In this document: one piece after another, positions 47,640 through 52,183 of the stretch
How positions within the stretch are numbered: position 1 is the first letter of the stretch
How the letters are laid out: the number at the start of each line of letters is the position of its first letter
Source of the DNA: Sphingomicrobium sp.
GTDB lineage: Bacteria > Pseudomonadota > Alphaproteobacteria > Sphingomonadales > Sphingomonadaceae
DNA: 52,183 nucleotides
NCBI GenBank assembly: GCA_046714555.1
Contig: JBKKAQ010000065.1
Span: forward strand, 1 to 52,183
Direction: 5' to 3'
The notes under the pieces: generated by a model
What the model was told of the DNA's origin: nothing
Databases searched by the model: none
The model's input: only the letters and a program-made list of their open reading frames with translations
Position numbers and translations under genes: made by a program

Positions 47640-50600
47640 ATGGTGGCGTGGCGAAACGGCGATGGGCGCAATACGGACGAGGCGCCTGACAATAGCGTAT
47701 TGCCGGCGCGCGGATCGCCGTGGCGCAAGACCGGCTTGGTCACGCTTGGCATCCTCCTGATCCTGCTGGTCGTCGTCACGGCCTTATGGGTGTCGCGCCG
47801 GCCGATCGCCAATGACATTCTGGCCCGTGAGATGGAAAAGCGCGGAGTCGAGGCGACCTACCGCCTCGACCGGGTCGGTCTCCGGACCCAGCGGATCAGC
47901 AATATCGTGATTGGCGATCCCAAGCGTCCCGACCTGATCGCGCGATTCGCCCAGGTCGAAATGCGAATCAAATGGGACGGAAGCATACAGGTTTATCGGA
48001 TCGTCGCACGCGGCGTCCGGCTTCGCGGAACGCTTGCTGACGGCAAGGTCAGCTGGGGCCAACTCGATAAGTTGCTTCCGCCGCCGAGCGGCAAGCCGTT
48101 CCGACTTCCCAACATCGTGCTCGATATCGCCGACAGCAATCTTGCACTTGCCACCGCGTTCGGCCGGCTCGGGGTGGCGGTTGAGGGCGCGGGTAACCTC
48201 ACCGGGGGATTCAAGGGACGAATCGCCGCCGCGAGCCCGCGGCTCGTGCCCGGCAAATGCCGATTGATAGCGATGCGCGCCTCGGTCGCCTTGGCTATCG
48301 AGGCTCGGCGCCCGCACGTCGTCGGCCCATTGAAGGCGGGGCGGTTCGAATGTCCGGAGAGCCGGATCGCTTTGATCGAACCGCGGATGGAGATCGATAG
48401 CAGGTTCAGCGAAGCCTTTGCGAGTTTTGAAGGAACCGGACGGATGACGGTTGCCTCGCTGACCGCGGGCGACAATGGCCTCGCCGCTCTCAATGCCGGA
48501 TTGAGTTTTGTCGGTACCCCCGCGGCAGCGCGCGGCGTCATCGATTTATCAGCCCAGCGAGCACGGCTGGGGGCGATTGTCGCCGACCGCACCCGGCTCG
48601 ACGGCAAATACATGCTCGGAGCGTCCAGCGGCAGTGTCGTTCTGGTCGCCGATTATCAAGCGAACAGCGCTGCCCTGGCCCCGAACGTGACGGCGGGTTT
48701 CGTCGGTGCGCTCGCCAATGCGCGCAAAACCCCACTTGGTCCGATCGTAACTGCAATCGGGCAAGCGATCACCCGGACATCGCGCGAATTTGATGCAAGA
48801 GGCGCGCTTCGGCTGGTGAATTATCCCGGTGGTGGAGCGGCACGGATCGAAACCGCCGATGCGGTTAGCACCGGTGGTGGCCGGATTCGCGTTTCGGGGG
48901 GTGATGGGGTCACTTATTATTGGCCCTCGGGGAAAATCCGGGTGGATGGGCTCGTTGAGACCGCGGGCGGAGGCTTGCCGATGGCTCGAGTCCAGCTCAG
49001 CCAGCCGCGTAGCGGTGCGCCGATGAGCGGGGTTGCGACATTAGCGCCATATGCCGCCGGCGACGCTCGCGTGGCATTGGCGCCGGTTCGATTCTCGGCG
49101 GCGCGCGACGGCTCTACGCAGATAGACACGACTGCGCTGCTCGACGGGCCATTCTCGGGCGGGCGGGTGCTGGGCTTGCGGTTCCCGATCAGCGGGCGGA
49201 TCGGCGGGGACGGCGGCTTTGCCTTTGGCCAAAGGTGCATCGAGGCTCGATTCAGTGCGCTCAAGGCGGGCTCGCTTCGGCTCGGCGCAACGCGCTTGCC
49301 ATTGTGCCCGGTCGGTCCGGCAATCATCTATCAGCGCGCTGGTGGCCCGATGTTCATCGGGGCGAGCGTCAATCGGCCGAGGCTGGTCGGCCTGCTTGGG
49401 AATTCACCGGTGGCGATCGGCGCGGGGAGCGCGCGACTGGTCGGGGGCGACAGGTTCAGCGCCACCGCCCTCGTCATGCGAATGGGACGGAGCGACGCCC
49501 CGATCCTGCTTGATGCGCAGACGCTGAGCGGGGCCTTCACTGGTCGCGGAGTCGGCGGGATATTCGCAGGTGCGAACGGGACGATCGGCAAGGTTCCGCT
49601 GTTGCTGAGCAATGTCGCGGGGAAGTGGCGGGTGTTCAAGGGTGATCTCGCGATCGACGGCGCGCTGACGGTGTCGGACCGCGCCGAGCGGCCGCGGTTT
49701 TATCCGCTGCATAGCGACAATATGCGCTTCACCCTCGCGGACGACATGATTCGCGCCAATGGAGCGCTCAAGCACCCGGCGAGCGGGATCAAGGTTACCG
49801 ACGTCGCGATCAAGCATCGCTTGTCGAGCGGGGCCGGCGAGGCGGTGCTCGATGTCCCCGGTATCCGCTTTGGCCAAGCCCTCCAGCCCGAGCAACTGAC
49901 CCGGCTGACCGAGGGGGTGATCGCGCTCGTCAACGGGACCGTCAGAGGGCGCGGACAGATTGCGTGGAATGGGACGAGGGTGACCAGCACCGGTGACTTC
50001 GGAACCGATGACCTCGATCTCGCCGCAGCGTTTGGCCCGGTCACCGGGATCCAGGGGACGATGCATTTCTCCGACCTGCTCGGTCTCGTGACCGAACCGG
50101 GCCAGAGCCTTGTCGTCGCCTCGATCAACCCGGGTATCGTGGTCGAAAACGGCGTTATCAAATATCAGTTGCTCGCCGACCAACTGGTCCGGGTCGAGGG
50201 CGGCCGCTGGCCGTTCATGGGGGGCGAGCTGATCCTTCGCGAAACCGTGCTCAATCTGGGCCGGCCGAGCGCCAAGCGGCTGACCTTCGAGGTCGTCGGA
50301 CTCGACGCGCACAAGTTGATCGAGAGTTTCGGATTCAAGGAGATCGACTCGACCGGGACCTTCGATGGCGTTCTGCCGATGATCTTTGACGAAAATGGCG
50401 GGCGGATCGTCGGCGGAAGGCTCGATTCGCGCGCACCCGGCGGAACTCTGGCCTACAATGGTGTGGTTAGCCGTGCGAACTTGGGCATGTTCGGCGGGCT
50501 GGCGTTCGACGCGCTCCGATCGCTAAAGTTCAAATCGATGGTCGTCCGGCTCGACGGCGACCTTGCCGGGGAATTCGCAACGCGGCTGACGATCGATGAG

Positions 50601-50885
50601 GTCGCGCTCGGCGCGTCGCGCACCGCTCGCTTGCTCAAGACGCTCAACCGCATCCCGTTCAAGTTCAATGTTTCGATCCGCGGTCCCTTCCGTGCGCTGA
50701 TTGCTACCGCCAAGGCGTTCAAGGACCCGCGCGCTGTCGTAAATCAAGCGCTTCCGGTGCCGCTCGAGGATAGACCTGGAATGACCACCGAAGTGCGCCG
50801 CCGCGAAGAGGACAAGACCCAGACTCAGACCCCGGTGGACGAGAAGATCGAAGTGACACCAACCCCCCCAGCCCAAGGCGAATGA
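47640..50885 (+). CDS. ydbH: YdbH (AsmA-like) intermembrane transport protein
   Basis: N-terminal TM anchor, ~1080 aa beta-rich body, adjacent ynbE and ydbL. Start uncertain. Confidence 0.85.
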   Translation: MVAWRNGDGRNTDEAPDNSVLPARGSPWRKTGLVTLGILLILLVVVTALWVSRRPIANDILAREMEKRGVEATYRLDRVGLRTQRISNIVIGDPKRPDLIARFAQVEMRIKWDGSIQVYRIVARGVRLRGTLADGKVSWGQLDKLLPPPSGKPFRLPNIVLDIADSNLALATAFGRLGVAVEGAGNLTGGFKGRIAAASPRLVPGKCRLIAMRASVALAIEARRPHVVGPLKAGRFECPESRIALIEPRMEIDSRFSEAFASFEGTGRMTVASLTAGDNGLAALNAGLSFVGTPAAARGVIDLSAQRARLGAIVADRTRLDGKYMLGASSGSVVLVADYQANSAALAPNVTAGFVGALANARKTPLGPIVTAIGQAITRTSREFDARGALRLVNYPGGGAARIETADAVSTGGGRIRVSGGDGVTYYWPSGKIRVDGLVETAGGGLPMARVQLSQPRSGAPMSGVATLAPYAAGDARVALAPVRFSAARDGSTQIDTTALLDGPFSGGRVLGLRFPISGRIGGDGGFAFGQRCIEARFSALKAGSLRLGATRLPLCPVGPAIIYQRAGGPMFIGASVNRPRLVGLLGNSPVAIGAGSARLVGGDRFSATALVMRMGRSDAPILLDAQTLSGAFTGRGVGGIFAGANGTIGKVPLLLSNVAGKWRVFKGDLAIDGALTVSDRAERPRFYPLHSDNMRFTLADDMIRANGALKHPASGIKVTDVAIKHRLSSGAGEAVLDVPGIRFGQALQPEQLTRLTEGVIALVNGTVRGRGQIAWNGTRVTSTGDFGTDDLDLAAAFGPVTGIQGTMHFSDLLGLVTEPGQSLVVASINPGIVVENGVIKYQLLADQLVRVEGGRWPFMGGELILRETVLNLGRPSAKRLTFEVVGLDAHKLIESFGFKEIDSTGTFDGVLPMIFDENGGRIVGGRLDSRAPGGTLAYNGVVSRANLGMFGGLAFDALRSLKFKSMVVRLDGDLAGEFATRLTIDEVALGASRTARLLKTLNRIPFKFNVSIRGPFRALIATAKAFKDPRAVVNQALPVPLEDRPGMTTEVRRREEDKTQTQTPVDEKIEVTPTPPAQGE

Positions 50886-51121
50886 CGATGACATGGACTC
50901 CCATCAAGTGCTCACTGGCGCCGGTCACGGCGGCGATGCTGATGCCCGCGCTGTCGGGCTGCGTGTCGGTCAAGACCCCGGACAAGCCGATCGAGATAAA
51001 CCTCAACGTCAATATCCGTCAGGAAGTATTAGTGCGGTTGCAGCGTGACGTCGAGCAGCTGATCAAACAGAACCCCGACGCCTTTCCCCAGGCCACGCCA
51101 CCGGGCGGAACACCGAAGTGA
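50882..51121 (+). CDS. ynbE: YnbE family lipoprotein
   Basis: LSGC lipobox, PDKPIEINLNVNIRQEV. Confidence 0.9.
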   Translation: MTMTWTPIKCSLAPVTAAMLMPALSGCVSVKTPDKPIEINLNVNIRQEVLVRLQRDVEQLIKQNPDAFPQATPPGGTPK

Positions 51122-51504
51122 GCGTGGCCCTTTGCCTTGCCGGACTGGCGCTGGCCATGGCCGCGCTCCACACGGCGGCGCCGGTAGCTGCGCAGGCTTC
51201 GGGGTTTGCTGCTTCGGCGCGCAAGGCGGGTCAGGTCGGCGAGAGATTCGACGGTTATCTCGGTTATTCCGCTCCTCCATCGGCAATGCTCCGGGCGCAG
51301 GTCGACGCAATCAATATCCGCCGCCGTTCGCTCTACAGCTCACTCGCGGTTCGGCGCGGGGTCACTCCGCAGGAAGTCGGGATTGCCGCAGCGTGCGAGC
51401 TGATGGAGCGAGTCGCGGTCGGCGAGGCGTATCTGCCCAGCGATGGCGTGTGGCGACGGCGCGGCGCGAACGAGCCAGCGCCCAAGCCGGAATATTGCGG
51501 CTGA
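51118..51504 (+). CDS. ydbL: YdbL (DUF1318) family protein
   Basis: GQVGERFDGYLG, INIRRRSLY. Confidence 0.88.
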   Translation: MSVALCLAGLALAMAALHTAAPVAAQASGFAASARKAGQVGERFDGYLGYSAPPSAMLRAQVDAINIRRRSLYSSLAVRRGVTPQEVGIAAACELMERVAVGEAYLPSDGVWRRRGANEPAPKPEYCG

Positions 51505-51647
51505 CGTCTGACGGACTCGGTTGACTCAACGCGCACGCGTTCATAAAGGGACGGCGCCTTGGCGGGCTCGATCGCCGCCATGTTCCTTTGCCCCGACGCG
51601 ACCCGTTTTTTTCGAGCGTGGGCGCATAATTGGCGAAAGTTGGGATC

Positions 51648-51959
51648 ATGGTGATGGACGAGCCCGGGCAGGATCCGAAGTCTCCCCCCGACGCGCGGCT
51701 GGATACGCTGGAACAGCGGCTCGAGCAGGCGCAACGCGAGGAGGCGGTGAGGATCGGCCGGGCGCGACCAGCCGATGCCAACGAGCAGCTCGGCCAGCGC
51801 GTCCTGTCGACCCTGATCGGCGGACTTGCCGGTGGTGCCTTGATCGGCTGGCTGCTCGACGGCTGGTTCGGGACCGGGCACCTGCTCCTGGTCGTGATGA
51901 TGGTGCTTGGGACCATCGGCGGCTTCTGGAGCATCATCAAGATTTCGAGCCGGAAGTAG
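51648..51959 (+). CDS. atpI: AtpZ/AtpI family protein
   Basis: IGWLLDGWFGT with two TM helices, directly before atpB. Confidence 0.88.
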   Translation: MVMDEPGQDPKSPPDARLDTLEQRLEQAQREEAVRIGRARPADANEQLGQRVLSTLIGGLAGGALIGWLLDGWFGTGHLLLVVMMVLGTIGGFWSIIKISSRK

Positions 51960-51973
51960 AAGGAACACGCCGC

Positions 51974-52183
51974 GTGGCCGCTGAATCGGGCAAAATCGAT
52001 CCGATGCACCAATTCCTGGTCGAGCCCTTGTTCGGTCAGGACTGGACGATCGCGGGCCAATCGATCGCCTTTACCAACAGCGCCGCCTGGATGGCCGCCG
52101 CGCTGGTCGCGGTTTGGCTGTTTATGCTCGGCGGGATGAAGCGCGAACTCGTCCCGGGCCGCTGGCAGATGGCGGTCGAGGGC
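51974..52183 (+). CDS. atpB: ATP synthase F0 subunit a (partial, runs off the window)
   Basis: MAAESGKIDPMHQF...FTNSAAWM...VPGRWQ; AAGGA RBS. Confidence 0.93.
   Translation, partial: MAAESGKIDPMHQFLVEPLFGQDWTIAGQSIAFTNSAAWMAAALVAVWLFMLGGMKRELVPGRWQMAVEG

Noticed and set aside
47640-51504. ydbH-ynbE-ydbL as a novel system
   Set aside because: Already described as an AsmA-like intermembrane bridge operon.

Overview
High-GC alphaproteobacterial chromosome segment, most likely Sphingomonadaceae (inferred from the permuted two-piece tmRNA with tag ANDNEALAIAA, the EcfG-type promoters and the gene content). Most of it is housekeeping and metabolic: uvrD, a Mur-type ligase with an LD-carboxypeptidase, lemA-TPM-TPM-NUDIX, an M3 peptidase, nadC, a leucine-catabolism cluster, cysQ, tRNA-Val, rpsF-rpsR-rplI, fabD-fabG, dnaK-dnaJ, purB, radC, ydbH-ynbE-ydbL and the start of the atp F0 operon. 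No CRISPR array, integrase, transposase or prophage is visible. The most striking unexplained element is a ~400-nt stand-alone locus at ~2561-2960, divergent from uvrD. It has its own promoter (next to a perfect DnaA box and GANTC sites), a terminator, and by eye folds into a deeply nested multi-helix structure with GNRA/UNCG tetraloops; it is a candidate large structured ncRNA that I cannot assign to a known family. Also notable: an XRE/DUF6456 (GafZ-like) divergent pair beside the tRNA, a 2H-phosphoesterase + HAD nucleotidase pair, a duplicated pseudoknot module in tmRNA, an insertion (GGDEF-EAL, beta-barrel, decayed Rieske gene) between rpsF and fabD, and several frameshifts. All calls come from reading motifs; no searches or folding programs were run.
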